NCBI GenBank assembly: GCA_965226795.1
Contig: CBDDDZ010000005.1
Span: 1,376,001 to 1,440,000 of the forward strand
Direction of reading: 5' to 3'
DNA length: 64,000 nt
Source of the DNA: Candidatus Latescibacterota bacterium
Lineage (GTDB): Bacteria; Latescibacterota; UBA2968; GCA-2709665
The notes beneath the pieces were generated by a model that was given only the letters and a program-made list of their open reading frames with translations, was not told the DNA's origin and did no database searches. Positions 20,785 through 31,188 of this stretch are shown piece after piece. Numbering within the stretch: position 1 is the first letter of the stretch; every line of letters begins with the position of its first letter. A program made the position numbers and the translations under genes.

Positions 20785-22083
20785 ATGGTGCTGTCCAGAT
20801 ATGTGCTCAAAGAGCATGTCGCGCCGTTTGTGTTCGGCTTCTCCGTCATCATGTTTCTTCTGGTAGTCGACCTGATTCTGCAGAAGATGGATCTAATGCT
20901 GGGTAAGGGAATTGCGCCGGGTGTTGTTCTGGAGCTGTTTCTGTTGAATACCGCGTGGATGATTGCCCTGGCAGTCCCAATGGCGGTACTCGTTGCCACA
21001 CTTATGGCCTTCGGACGACTGAGCGCCGATGGTGAGATTTCTGCCATGCAGGCGCTTGGCATCGGGGCCTTCCGCGTGATCTTGCCCGTTTTATTGGCTG
21101 GCATCACGCTGACACTCGGGCTGGTTATCTTCAATGACCGGGTTTTGCCGGAATTCAACTATCGGGCCCGGTTGCTGATGGGAGACATTCAGCGAAAGCG
21201 CCCCGCAGTCGCCCTGGAGGATCGGAGCGGTGTTTTTATTCAGGATTTCGCCAACTACAGGATTCTGATAGGTGATATCGACAGGCGGACTTCGATTCTC
21301 AGGGATGTCCTGATTTATAAATACGAACCGGGTGGGTATCCGGTATCCATAGCCGCCGAAACCGGCCGGATTCGAATTGATGCGGAAAGTGACGAAGCGC
21401 TGGTGACGCTGGAGAACGGAGAGTGGCATCGGGTGGATAAGACAGACCCGGATGTATACATAAAAGCCCGTTTCAAAAAAAAGAACCTGCGCCTTGGAGA
21501 AGCCGGCCGGCAGTTGATACGCACCATGTCGCACTACCGGACGGACAGAGAGATGGGACTGGACGTGATGATGGACCGGGTGAACGCTTATCAGCGGGAA
21601 GCGGCTGCCCTACAGGCCCAATCCGCTGACAGCGCAGGTGCCGCACTTAGACGTCTGCTTTTTGAGCCCGACACGGAACGCCGGTCCTTCCGTATGTTCG
21701 CGGATCTGGCCATGCAATTCCGAACCGACACCGAAATTCGACATCACAAACTCCGGCAGGCGGACCGTTACCGGGTTGAGATCCACAAAAAGCTCTCGAT
21801 TCCTGTTGCATGTATTGTCTTCATATTAATCGGCGCGCCGCTCGGCATCCGAGTGCGCGGGAGCAGCCCCGCTGTCGGGGCGGGAATCAGCATTGGGTTT
21901 TTTCTTCTGTGGTGGCTCTGTCTGGTCAGCGGGGAGACGCTGGCCGATCGCGGATACGTGCCGCCGTGGGTTGCCATGTGGAGCCCCAACTTTATCGTTC
22001 TCTCATGCGGCTCGTGGCTGGTATTCGGCACCCTGCTCGAGTGGCATTTCGGTCTGAGGAGGAGGAGTCCGTGCGTATCTTGA
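20785..22083 (+). CDS. lptF: LPS export ABC permease, LptF/LptG family (LptF)
   Basis: PMAVLVATLMAFGRLSADGEISAM and VEIHKKLSIPVAC motifs. Confidence 0.88.
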   Translation: MVLSRYVLKEHVAPFVFGFSVIMFLLVVDLILQKMDLMLGKGIAPGVVLELFLLNTAWMIALAVPMAVLVATLMAFGRLSADGEISAMQALGIGAFRVILPVLLAGITLTLGLVIFNDRVLPEFNYRARLLMGDIQRKRPAVALEDRSGVFIQDFANYRILIGDIDRRTSILRDVLIYKYEPGGYPVSIAAETGRIRIDAESDEALVTLENGEWHRVDKTDPDVYIKARFKKKNLRLGEAGRQLIRTMSHYRTDREMGLDVMMDRVNAYQREAAALQAQSADSAGAALRRLLFEPDTERRSFRMFADLAMQFRTDTEIRHHKLRQADRYRVEIHKKLSIPVACIVFILIGAPLGIRVRGSSPAVGAGISIGFFLLWWLCLVSGETLADRGYVPPWVAMWSPNFIVLSCGSWLVFGTLLEWHFGLRRRSPCVS

Positions 22084-23141
22084 GTCGATACGTACAGAAA
22101 CAGTTCTTGGAATACCTGGGGCTGTGTTTTTCAGGATTCTTGGCCGTTTTTGTCGTTGTGGACCTGGCTGGCCGACTCAGTGGCTTCATAGACAGGGGGG
22201 TGGGTGGTGGCACCATTTTCTCGTATTACACGCTCTCCATTCCCTATATGGGAATTCTGATTTTGCCCATGGCGATGTTGTTGGCCAGTCTTTTCTGTTT
22301 CGGCAACCTCGCACGCTTCGGCGAGCTTTCCGCAATGAAGTCCGCGGGAATCTCGCTAAACAGTATTGCGGCACCGGTTCTGGCAGCCGCTTTCCTGGTC
22401 TGTGCGGCATCGTTCTTCCTGACTGACCGGGTGATGCCGGGCGCAAACCGGAAACGTGCGGCTGTTGTCCAGGGCAAACGTCGAGCCGTCTTTGTACCGA
22501 TAGTGTCGCAGGTCGTCCTGCAGGACGTAAACGGGCAGATTCTCTCGGTAGGAACTTACTTCCGCAATGAAGAGCGTGGGACGCAGGTCACGCTGGACAG
22601 ATATGAAGGAATGCGTCTGGTTGAGAAATTGCGCGCTGAGGAGATGGAGTGGCAGGCCGGGAGATGGACGTTACGCAGGGGAGAAGTGCGGAGGTTTTCA
22701 ACGGACGGAGGAGAACTGGTGATCAAGTTTACGGCGATGCCTGCGCGAAGTATCACATTGAGGCCTGAAGATCTGGGCCGGGAGGTTCGCTCTGCGGATG
22801 AGATGAGTTTTTCCGAACTCACTGCGCTTATTGTGCGGAAGAAGCGAATGGGGGATGACGTTGTACGGGTGCAGGTCGCGCGTTACATGCGCCTTTCGTT
22901 TCCGTTTACCGGGTGCGTGATGGTGTTATTTGGCATTTGTCTTTCATCCCGAACCCAACGGGCGGACAAGCCTCTTCTCGTGGGTATCTGTCTGTTGATA
23001 TCGTTTGTGTATTATGGGTGCATTCAGGCAGGGCGGGTGTTGGGCTGGAACGGCATACTGCCACCATTTTGGAGCGCCTGGACGGCTAATATCCTGTTTT
23101 TTTGTCTGGGCGTCGGCTTGCTGGCCCGAACCCGGAGGTAG
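22071..23141 (+). CDS. lptG: LPS export ABC permease, LptF/LptG family (LptG)
   Basis: GTG start at 22071 after GGAGGAG; RILSRYV...LARFGELSAMKSAGISL...SAWTANILF. Confidence 0.85.
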   Translation: MRILSRYVQKQFLEYLGLCFSGFLAVFVVVDLAGRLSGFIDRGVGGGTIFSYYTLSIPYMGILILPMAMLLASLFCFGNLARFGELSAMKSAGISLNSIAAPVLAAAFLVCAASFFLTDRVMPGANRKRAAVVQGKRRAVFVPIVSQVVLQDVNGQILSVGTYFRNEERGTQVTLDRYEGMRLVEKLRAEEMEWQAGRWTLRRGEVRRFSTDGGELVIKFTAMPARSITLRPEDLGREVRSADEMSFSELTALIVRKKRMGDDVVRVQVARYMRLSFPFTGCVMVLFGICLSSRTQRADKPLLVGICLLISFVYYGCIQAGRVLGWNGILPPFWSAWTANILFFCLGVGLLARTRR

Positions 23142-23170
23142 AGGATTCAAGTCACTGGACACACAAATAC

Positions 23171-23197
23171 AAAAGGCGCATTGTCGATGCGCCCTTT
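23171..23197. terminator. Stem-loop between convergent lptG and the M23 gene
   Basis: AAAAGGCGCAT-TGTCG-ATGCGCCCTTT. Confidence 0.6.
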
Positions 23198-23220
23198 CCC
23201 AGGATTTCTGTTTGAAATCC

Positions 23221-24198
23221 TCATTGGAAACCGGAGAGACGATTTCGCCGGCTTTTTTGATTGTGAATGAATTTGCGAGGATTTACCGTAAGTTCTTTCT
23301 TCCCACTCTTCTTCGTCACGGAATAATGCAGATGCGGCGCCGTCGCACGTCCGGATCTGCCCATTCTGCCGATCACCTGCCCGCGTTTGACGATCTGCCC
23401 CTCCTGGAGCGATGGTTTCTTCAACAAATGGGCGTATAGTGTCCGGTAGTGCGGGGCGTGGTCGATGGATATAAACCACCCAAGGTGCCTGTCTTTGCCT
23501 ACAGATTCCACCCGACCATTGGCGGTGGCGAGAATTCGCGTGCCGGATCGCCCCGCGATGTCTATGCCTCTATGAAACTGCCTTTCGCCGGAAAAGGGAT
23601 TGGTTCGAGAGCCGAAGCCTGAAGAAATCCAGCAACCGGACTGAGGTGGTACCGGAAGTATGGAAGGCGTATGCAGACGGGTGATTTCGTTCTGGTCGAG
23701 GATGGAGGCAATTTGCTCGAAACTGGCTTCCAGAAAACGGGCCTCTCGCAAGAGTTGGTCCACGTCGGTATATGCTCTTGAAAGCCGCTTGCCGATGTCG
23801 TGAGTCACCCGGCCTTCCCATTCCGGCTCACCAGTATAATATCCGCCAACGCCCATTTTCCGCACGTCATCTCCCGGTTCGGCCAGATTGACCCAGGTTC
23901 GGAACAGACGGTCCATTTCTGTAAGGTCGTTTACGTTTCCCCGCAATCCTTCCACTTTTTGCTGCAGCCGGCTGACCTGGTGTTTGAGTACGGAATTTTC
24001 AGACGTCAGTGCCAGAAGTTTCGTCTCCTGATGCCGGTTTACAAAATACCCCAATGCGTAAAAGACGACAGCGAGGGTAAGGCACCCTAACAGCAACGCG
24101 GCCCCAAGCCCCCAAACGGTGGGGCGAGAGGCCCTGACTTGGCGCATCTGATCTCTATTGTTGGGTATGACCATTAGCGTCAGGTTTCTCTTCCACAT
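23221..24198 (-). CDS. M23-family peptidoglycan metallopeptidase with N-terminal TM and coiled coil
   Basis: HRGID, YAHL and PHLHY zinc motifs. Confidence 0.93.
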   Translation of the reverse strand: MWKRNLTLMVIPNNRDQMRQVRASRPTVWGLGAALLLGCLTLAVVFYALGYFVNRHQETKLLALTSENSVLKHQVSRLQQKVEGLRGNVNDLTEMDRLFRTWVNLAEPGDDVRKMGVGGYYTGEPEWEGRVTHDIGKRLSRAYTDVDQLLREARFLEASFEQIASILDQNEITRLHTPSILPVPPQSGCWISSGFGSRTNPFSGERQFHRGIDIAGRSGTRILATANGRVESVGKDRHLGWFISIDHAPHYRTLYAHLLKKPSLQEGQIVKRGQVIGRMGRSGRATAPHLHYSVTKKSGKKELTVNPRKFIHNQKSRRNRLSGFQ

Positions 24199-24534
24199 GG
24201 ACGGCGCCTTTCGTCAGTGGTTTGTACTGTTAAGAATCGACTGCTTCTGGCCATTAGCCGGCCAGCCCCAAATTAAGGACTTTTCCGAGTTTATGTCAAG
24301 GCAAAACTGGACAGATCTGAATCAGATGCAACACCAGCACCCGTGATTGCATGTACGAATCGAGGATGCCATTGGCAGCTTTGGAGCGGTCGAACTCCAG
24401 TAACGTCATACGGATCTTGTGTCTTCTCTACCCCTGGATAGGGATACGCACGTCGGCGACGTCAAGTGCAGAGTTCGATCCGCAACACGAAAAACCGACC
24501 GGCAGGCGGATATCAGCCAGCGCCGTGTTCTTCG

Positions 24535-25884
24535 CTACGCTGACTTGATGTGGTCGATTACCTCGGCCTTAAGCGCTTCTCTGAGCTGGGGGTGATCGAC
24601 GCAGAAGACACGTACGACCTTGGCCTGCGTTTCGAAATTTCCGATCAAATACTCCTTGAGCATGGAGACTTCCGGGTCATCGAACCGGAGAGGGTCGGCC
24701 TTGTCGACCGGAATGTGGGACCCAAAGTAGACATTCAGGTTAACTTCGGGGCTTTTTCCAAGGCGTGGAATATCGATCAGAATGTCGTCGCCGTTAAGTT
24801 TGAGCCCGGTCTTTGCACCAAATGTCTCGCACAACTCGATTTCGAGTTTCCGCCGGTCGGCCGGATGGTAATATAGCCTTTCAAGTTTGACGGTCAGGCC
24901 CTTTTCTCTCTCGTGAGGGAAGAAGATCCGCGCGACCTTGTGGAGTTTGCGGCGTTTCAGGCGCCCTATCATGCTGTTTCGTCGATCGATGCCCAACCGA
25001 TCCATTTCCAATTCCAGGCGATGAATAAGGTCGGCTTCCGTCGCCCGGTTGAAGTCGGCTTCTCCGAGACTGGAAGCGGGGTGGTGTAGCAGATCCTGGA
25101 CGCCACGCTTTAACATTGCGTTGGCCGACCGGACGGCATGGTGCCAATAGACGTTGCGATACATCAGATAACTGGTGAAAATGAGGGCTTCCACCGCAGA
25201 GACACCCTTGTAGGTGATTGCTGGCCGCTGTCCGTCCGGATCGCACGTGATCGATCCCAACAGGCGGTCCCGGTTGACAGATTCGCCAAAAGGCACTCCG
25301 CAATAGCGCGCATCTCTCAGAAGGTAGTCGATTTTGTCCGGGTCCAGTGTACCGCTCAGAATGTGCGCCAGGCGCAGGTCTTCATCAGGGATGGCCACGT
25401 TCCTGTTGCGATAGTCGATCACGTTGGCCACCCGAAGAGGGTCAGTTTCTGACCGTGCCAGGGCGCCGTTGACTTCCGTAGAGGGGTCCAGGATGATCTG
25501 TCTGCCCCGTTCCTCGTGGTCGGTGAAAAACATCTGCATTTCTTCGAGTACATGGCAGAATGGGTAGTGGCCGATGTCGTGCAGCAGGCTGGCCGCCAGC
25601 AGTACGCGTGCGTCTTCGATCGTGATGTCCAGCGGCGGGTCGGCCTGGAGGAGCTGGCGAAGAAACTGCCCGGAAATGTGAAAGACTCCCAAAGAGTGTT
25701 CAAAACGGGAATGGCGCGCGCCGGGATACACCAGAAGCACGTGGCCTAGCTGGGAGATATCACGCAGGCGTTGGAATTCCTCCGCGTCAACCAGCGGAAC
25801 CAGGTAATGGGGAATATGGATATGTCCCCAAATTGGATCCCGGATGGCCTTGCCCGTATCCAGAAACCGCAGGTCGATATGCAT
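24535..25884 (-). CDS. HD-domain phosphohydrolase (SAMHD1/YdhJ-like dNTPase family)
   Basis: IRDPIWG, FQRLRDISQLG, YPGARHSRFEHSLG, LLHDIGH, DPDKIDYLLRD and VYWHH motifs. Confidence 0.9.
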   Translation of the reverse strand: MHIDLRFLDTGKAIRDPIWGHIHIPHYLVPLVDAEEFQRLRDISQLGHVLLVYPGARHSRFEHSLGVFHISGQFLRQLLQADPPLDITIEDARVLLAASLLHDIGHYPFCHVLEEMQMFFTDHEERGRQIILDPSTEVNGALARSETDPLRVANVIDYRNRNVAIPDEDLRLAHILSGTLDPDKIDYLLRDARYCGVPFGESVNRDRLLGSITCDPDGQRPAITYKGVSAVEALIFTSYLMYRNVYWHHAVRSANAMLKRGVQDLLHHPASSLGEADFNRATEADLIHRLELEMDRLGIDRRNSMIGRLKRRKLHKVARIFFPHEREKGLTVKLERLYYHPADRRKLEIELCETFGAKTGLKLNGDDILIDIPRLGKSPEVNLNVYFGSHIPVDKADPLRFDDPEVSMLKEYLIGNFETQAKVVRVFCVDHPQLREALKAEVIDHIKSA

Positions 25885-26355
25885 AGAAAAAGCTCGGAAG
25901 GAGGCCGTTCAGTGGAAGGAGAACAGTTTTTCGCGATGCAGGCGGAAGCGTTTCTGCTTACCTTGTCTCGACCGTCCCGGCACCGACAATCTGGTGGCGT
26001 CTTTCTTGCTGAAAGAGATATTTTTTGGGCATGGATGAATGATGAGTTCTGGGATATGCAATTGGAAATAAACCCCGTGGCGGCGTTATTGAAACCTGCC
26101 GAGAAACACCGGCATAATGCCGGTGAGGAAAACGTTTCTTTCGTGTTCGGATTCTCCGAAATATCGGTATCGTGGGTTCGGATGTCAAGGCTCATGCCGG
26201 GAACGATTTCGAGCCTGGCATGGGCTTCCGAATCGCAAGACGGCACGAGCCGAAGGACAAGGGCAGGGGTGAACGCGTACTGACGTTGTCGCAACCCACC
26301 GGCAACACCGAACCCGAACTTTCCGGATGCAGACCGCGTTTCCGAGAGGCTGCCA

Positions 26356-27072
26356 ATGTGTTATTTAAAGGCGTGGTGGGATAGCCCGCTACGTCAGAGG
26401 CGTGTTGCGGTGATAGCTGAAATGTCAAGCGTGCTCGACGGAACGTTCGGCGGCGCAGCCCGGGACCGCAAACGTGTCCGGCCGGATGGTCTCGATGCGC
26501 TGATGCGGACCATCCTGTCACAGAATACGAATGACGAAAACAGAGACAGGGCTTATGACAGGATGCGCGCCCGATTTCCCGATTGGAGCGACGTGATTGC
26601 CGCAGACGCGGAGCACCTGAAGGAAGCTATCCGCGTGGCAGGGTTGGCGAATACGAAAGCCCCGAATATGCAGGCGTTCTTGCGTTGGTTGAAGCGCGAG
26701 CGGGGTAACTTGAACCTGGATTTCCTGCGGGATCTATCGAATCAGGCCGCGGTGGCCCTGTTGACCGAGCATCGAGGAATCGGGGTCAAAACGGCTTATA
26801 TCCTGCTGGCCTTTGCTTTTGATCGCGATCTGTGCGCAGTGGATACGCATGTGTATCGCATCCTGCGTCGGGTGGGCATTGTTTCAGAGCGATGCAGCCG
26901 AGAGAAAGCACACCTGGAACTCGCGCCTCTGATTCCAGGGGGCCAGGCCAGGGCCTTTCATATGAACTCGGTTGATTTTGGCAAGACCGTGTGCACGGCC
27001 AGGAATCCGTCCTGCGGCGTCTGTCCGATTTCCCATCTGTGCAGATACTATCACGAAACACAAGGCGGGTGA
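26356..27072 (+). CDS. Endonuclease III-like HhH-GPD DNA glycosylase (start uncertain)
   Basis: TILSQNT, GIGVKTA, VDTHVYR and the Fe-S motif CTARNPSCGVCPISHLC. Confidence 0.9.
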   Translation: MCYLKAWWDSPLRQRRVAVIAEMSSVLDGTFGGAARDRKRVRPDGLDALMRTILSQNTNDENRDRAYDRMRARFPDWSDVIAADAEHLKEAIRVAGLANTKAPNMQAFLRWLKRERGNLNLDFLRDLSNQAAVALLTEHRGIGVKTAYILLAFAFDRDLCAVDTHVYRILRRVGIVSERCSREKAHLELAPLIPGGQARAFHMNSVDFGKTVCTARNPSCGVCPISHLCRYYHETQGG

Positions 27073-27143
27073 GTTTGTATGGGAACCGGCCCGGATATTG
27101 TGGCCGGCATCCGGCTTCTCTGGTAGGGGCCGGCAGGTTCGTG

Positions 27144-28220
27144 TCAGTCGATTCTGATTCGCTGAAGATCGTACGAATTGACATTGTAGGGTTCGAAGGT
27201 ATCCTCGTCGCCGGGCGTATACACGGCAACATAAAGGTATTGATTGTTGTTGTCTATTGTGATGCCACGTTCCTTAAGGTTTCCGGCCGCAAGGAAATAG
27301 TTCTTCTCCAGCTTGGTTTGAGTATCGAATTCAACGATGAAAACACCCGCTTCATCAGCGTCTGTAGGCGCAACGAACAAACGACGCCCGTCCTGGCTCA
27401 GCGCAAGCCCCAGAGCAGGAGACTTGATTTCATATTTCCCCGTAAGCGTCAGATTGTCGGCACTGAATGCCCAGAGATCCTTTACGTGGCCACGGTCCTC
27501 AGGATCCGCCAGACCCAGGTAGAGGTGGTTGTTGAGAGGGCCCATTACAAAATCGTTGATCCTGGCTGAGAAACTGAAACGGGTCGAAGTGGTCTCTGTC
27601 GTTGGGAATTGACCTGAGGCGTCGTATTTCAGGATGTTGTTCCTGGCGGCAACAAAAAGCTTACGCTCGCCGTGATTCATCAGAAGTGCGCCGGATCGCA
27701 CGTTACCGCTGGTTTCGAGGTTGTCCACAATCGATACGGCAATCAGAAGCGGTTCGTCCAGCGAGGATACATAGACAATTGAGTCGGTTCCGCAGGCGAT
27801 GTGGGATATGTCATTCAGTGAGAAAGGAACCGTTTTCACAATGGCGAACGTGCTCAGATCGATTATTCTCAGGTTCGATTCGCCGTTCAATCCCACCACC
27901 AGGTGGCGTTGGTCCGGTGTGATGTCAAGGTCGATGGGGTGGGAACCCACATGGAGATTCCCTTCGACGACCATCTGCTTGCCAAGGTGGATGCGGAGAA
28001 TCCTGTTGTTCCCGTAGTCGGCCAGATAGAGAAATGGCTGGTGCGGATCCATTACCATATCCGAGATATTTACGCCGAGTTTCAGGATTTCGAAATCTTC
28101 GAATTCGTAGAAATGTTCCGGCTCTTCGTCGTCCAGATAAAGCGAGCAGCCCGACACACAAAGGAACATGCACAGTACAAGAAAAATGAACCGGCCGTGT
28201 GTTTTTCCGGTATGGCGCAT
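27144..28220 (-). CDS. YncE/YVTN-like beta-propeller lipoprotein
   Basis: Lipobox-like VSGC; repeated blades such as LYLADYGNNRI, VGSHPIDLDITPDQRHLVV and LALSQDGRRLFVA. Confidence 0.75.
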   Translation of the reverse strand: MRHTGKTHGRFIFLVLCMFLCVSGCSLYLDDEEPEHFYEFEDFEILKLGVNISDMVMDPHQPFLYLADYGNNRILRIHLGKQMVVEGNLHVGSHPIDLDITPDQRHLVVGLNGESNLRIIDLSTFAIVKTVPFSLNDISHIACGTDSIVYVSSLDEPLLIAVSIVDNLETSGNVRSGALLMNHGERKLFVAARNNILKYDASGQFPTTETTSTRFSFSARINDFVMGPLNNHLYLGLADPEDRGHVKDLWAFSADNLTLTGKYEIKSPALGLALSQDGRRLFVAPTDADEAGVFIVEFDTQTKLEKNYFLAAGNLKERGITIDNNNQYLYVAVYTPGDEDTFEPYNVNSYDLQRIRID

Positions 28221-28230
28221 GCCGGATCGC

Positions 28231-29202
28231 CTAAAGCGAGAAGACGTATGATGTGCTCAGCTCAATCAGATAGTCCGATGTCAGCTGGCTCTCGTTCACG
28301 TTTTGAATTACGACAATAGGCACACGGAATTCAACGCTGAGATTGTCCAGGATATTGACCCCCAATTCAGGTGAAAGATACAACCACTTCCCTCCCCGTT
28401 CTCTTGTAATCTGACCGAACTGGTAACGGTCCCGTGACGTAATCAGGTTTTTCAGACTCAGCCCGCCATAGAACGAGCCTTCCCCGGTGTACGCTACGGA
28501 GAGTGTGGTGTGCAGTTCGTTTCCGTATTTGTAGCCGTAAATGTTCTGTCTCGTGGTGATGCGGGTGAAGACACCGGCAGAGACGGTAAGGCTTTCAATA
28601 CGATGGAACATACCGATCGCGAAAATCGGGTCCACGCTTCCCGACCCGATCTGCAGATTGTCAGAGAAACGCTCGCCGTATTGATCTCTGGCATTTACGG
28701 ATCCGTTTGCCAGCTTCAATCCGATGCCGAGATTAAGACCGGAAAAGCCCGCTGCGAGCGGTACCGCGTAATTCAACATAGCCACTATATCGCCCAGTCC
28801 CGAGGCATGCCGAACATACTTTCCACCCTCATACTGGTTGTCGTTCTGTCCGCGCAACAGTACCTTTTCGTTGGCTACGGAACGGAAGGGCAGGGCGAGC
28901 GTCAGGCCGAAGCGTTCGGTAATGTCGTGCGAGGCAAATACGGTGGTCGTGGCATTATCCGTCCGTTCGCGATTGACGTTGGGTATGGCGCGGGAACCGT
29001 AGTGGGGGTCAGACAGGAATTCGTAGTCGTAGTGTACGCTGAGCGTCAGTTGATCCTTAACGGCCAGACTATTCTTCATCAGGCTCCCGCCCGGGAGTAC
29101 GGGGCGCCGTCAGCTGACGCCGCCTTGAGCATGGGCGGCGGGGGCCGTGACTATCTGCACTATAAGGAACAGGAAGAGACACCGGGCTGAGAACGGTCGC
29201 AT
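28231..29202 (-). CDS. Putative selenoprotein outer-membrane beta-barrel transporter (MetA-pathway/transporter-like), Sec at codon 31
   Basis: GAGGT RBS and ATG at 29202 give a signal peptide (MRPFSARCLFLFLIVQIVTAPAAHA|QGGVS). An in-frame TGA at 29112-29110 is followed by RRPVLPGGSL, running in frame into the ORF-track protein 28231..29079 (GLGD, LQIGSGSVD, terminal YVFSL). Hairpin CTCCC-GGGC-GGGAG starts 12 nt after the TGA. Confidence 0.75.
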
Positions 29203-29371
29203 GCGGGGTTACCTCAATCCGTAGGATATGGTCGTGAGGCGAGAGTCCGGATTTCTAGCGTTGAAATATACCTCACATGCGTCTGGATAGCAAGACGGAT
29301 TTTGTTTCGTGAGACTACATAGAGCCCAAATTTACAGATCTTTACATAACCCGCCGCCAAGCCGTTTTTTC

Positions 29372-29400
29372 TTGACACCACAGGGAGATTGGGCTATCTT
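29372..29400 (+). promoter_or_regulatory. sigma70 promoter of the tRNA-Arg/tRNA-His pair
   Basis: TTGACA (29372-29377), 17-bp spacer, TATCTT (29395-29400). Confidence 0.7.
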
Positions 29401-29444
29401 TCACGTTCGAATTCCAGTAGACAGCTTTGTGCGCCGGACTTGAG

Positions 29445-29518
<74 letters not shown>

Positions 29519-29535
29519 TTTTTGTGGCAGCTTGT

Positions 29536-29613
29536 GGTGGGTGTAGCTCAGATGGTTAGAGCGCCTGGTTGTGGCCCAGGAGGTCGGGGGTTCAAGTCCC
29601 CTCACTCACCCCA
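29536..29613 (+). tRNA. tRNA-His(GTG) with encoded G-1 and CCA
   Basis: Anticodon arm CCTGG-TTGTGGC-CCAGG, T-loop GTTCAAG, 3' end CACTCAC-C-CCA. Confidence 0.96.
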
Positions 29614-29690
29614 TTTTTCTTCCTCTATCTCTCGCCTTTGGCTCCAAATGGAAAATGGGGCCAAGGGTTTTTTAACGTCCGTAATTTCCC

Positions 29691-31046
29691 ATGATTGCAG
29701 TTGACTCCCCTCGAAATAGGCCTTCACGGGCTATCATTATCGGCCTGGATGGAACCCCCTGTAGTCTGATAAGTCGTTTCGTTTCCGACGGCCGGATGCC
29801 AAATTTCGCCGCCCTGATGCGCAGCGGAAGCCTGGGACAAATGGATTCGGTCTTGCCTACCGTGTCGTCCGTGGCCTGGGCGTCGCTGGTAACCGGGTGC
29901 AATCCCGGTAAGCACAATATCTATGGTTTCATCGATCGCGTGCCGAAGACCCATGAAATGTACATCCCCACGTCCAGAACAATGCGCGCCAGAACCTGGA
30001 CGGAGATTTTCAGCGGGATGGGAAAGCGTGTCTTTTCCATGGGTGTACCGACTACCTATCCGCCCAGGGCGGTTAACGGCATTCTGATTTCCGGGTTTCT
30101 TGCGCCGGATCTGAACAGGGGAACCTATCCTGCCGAGGTGGCGCGTCAGCTGTCTTCAATGGGGTATCGGATTGACATCGACGCGTGGCTTGCACGGAGG
30201 GACAGGGAGCGATTTCTGGACGACGTCTTCCAGGCCATGGAACGGCGGTTCGACGTGATGTTCCACTATATGGGCCAGGAACCGTGGGATCTGTTTGTCG
30301 CCCACGTTATAGATACGGACAGGTTACACCATTTTTTGTGGGGTCTGGCTGAAGACGGCAACGAGGCGTATCTGCCCTGGTTTCACCGGTTCTATGCCCG
30401 GGTGGACCGGGCCATCGGTGAGGTGGCGGACCGGCTTAACAACGACGTCCTGCTTATGGTTATATCCGACCATGGATTCTGCAAGTTGAAGTATGAAGTA
30501 CATTTGAATTACTGGTTGCGCCAGGCTGGTTATTTGCGTTTTCCGGGTAGAACGGCCAGGGGGCTTCGCGACCTGGCGCCGGACACACGGTGTTATTCGC
30601 TTTTGCCCGGGCGTTTTTATCTTGGTTTGCGAGGTCGTGAGCGTGGGGGGTGTGTGGAGCCGGGAGCTGAATACGAGGCGCTGAGACAGGACATCGCCGA
30701 CGGTCTGATGGAAATCCGGAATCCGGTTACGGGTGAACCGGTGATCCACAGGGTCTTCAAGCGCGAGGAACTCTATGCTGGCGATGCCTTTGACCAGGCG
30801 CCGGATATGGTGGCCATGCCGGCGGAAGGGTACGATTTGAAGGGAGGCTTTGATAAGGAGGAATTGATGGAACGCGGTCCTGTAAATGGCACCCATACCT
30901 TCTCAGACGCGATGTTTTTCATCAATCACAAGGTGGATTTATCACACGGGGTTCGACTGATCGACGTGTTTCCGACGCTCTTCGACGCCGTCGGTCTGGA
31001 TGTTCCAGCCGGCGTCGACGGGAGGTCCGTCGTTGCAACCGGGTGA
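29691..31046 (+). CDS. Alkaline-phosphatase-superfamily protein (type I phosphodiesterase/nucleotide pyrophosphatase)
   Basis: IIGLDG, SSVAWASLVTG.NPGKH, DRLHH, SDHGF and GTH metal-site motifs. Confidence 0.88.
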   Translation: MIAVDSPRNRPSRAIIIGLDGTPCSLISRFVSDGRMPNFAALMRSGSLGQMDSVLPTVSSVAWASLVTGCNPGKHNIYGFIDRVPKTHEMYIPTSRTMRARTWTEIFSGMGKRVFSMGVPTTYPPRAVNGILISGFLAPDLNRGTYPAEVARQLSSMGYRIDIDAWLARRDRERFLDDVFQAMERRFDVMFHYMGQEPWDLFVAHVIDTDRLHHFLWGLAEDGNEAYLPWFHRFYARVDRAIGEVADRLNNDVLLMVISDHGFCKLKYEVHLNYWLRQAGYLRFPGRTARGLRDLAPDTRCYSLLPGRFYLGLRGRERGGCVEPGAEYEALRQDIADGLMEIRNPVTGEPVIHRVFKREELYAGDAFDQAPDMVAMPAEGYDLKGGFDKEELMERGPVNGTHTFSDAMFFINHKVDLSHGVRLIDVFPTLFDAVGLDVPAGVDGRSVVATG

Positions 31047-31188
31047 ACTGAGGCGCGAGTGGACACACCAGCGGTGCTTTTGAATTAGCCGGAAGCGTGA
31101 AAGCGGCAGCGGTTTTTCGAGTGGAAGCGTGTGAGCGACTTGAAGCGGTTGCTCCAGCGGGAGCCGGGGTTTTCCTTTAGGAGGAGTT

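Noticed and set aside
25746..26294. ORFs on both strands between the HD gene and the endonuclease III gene
   Set aside because: No recognisable motifs or RBS, and they overlap the HD gene start. Treated as a divergent intergenic region, though a small gene cannot be excluded.
27070..27126. TGA stop of the endonuclease III gene followed by GTT TGT (possible U-x-C read-through)
   Set aside because: The protein is already complete after its Fe-S motif, the extension is short and there is no convincing SECIS.
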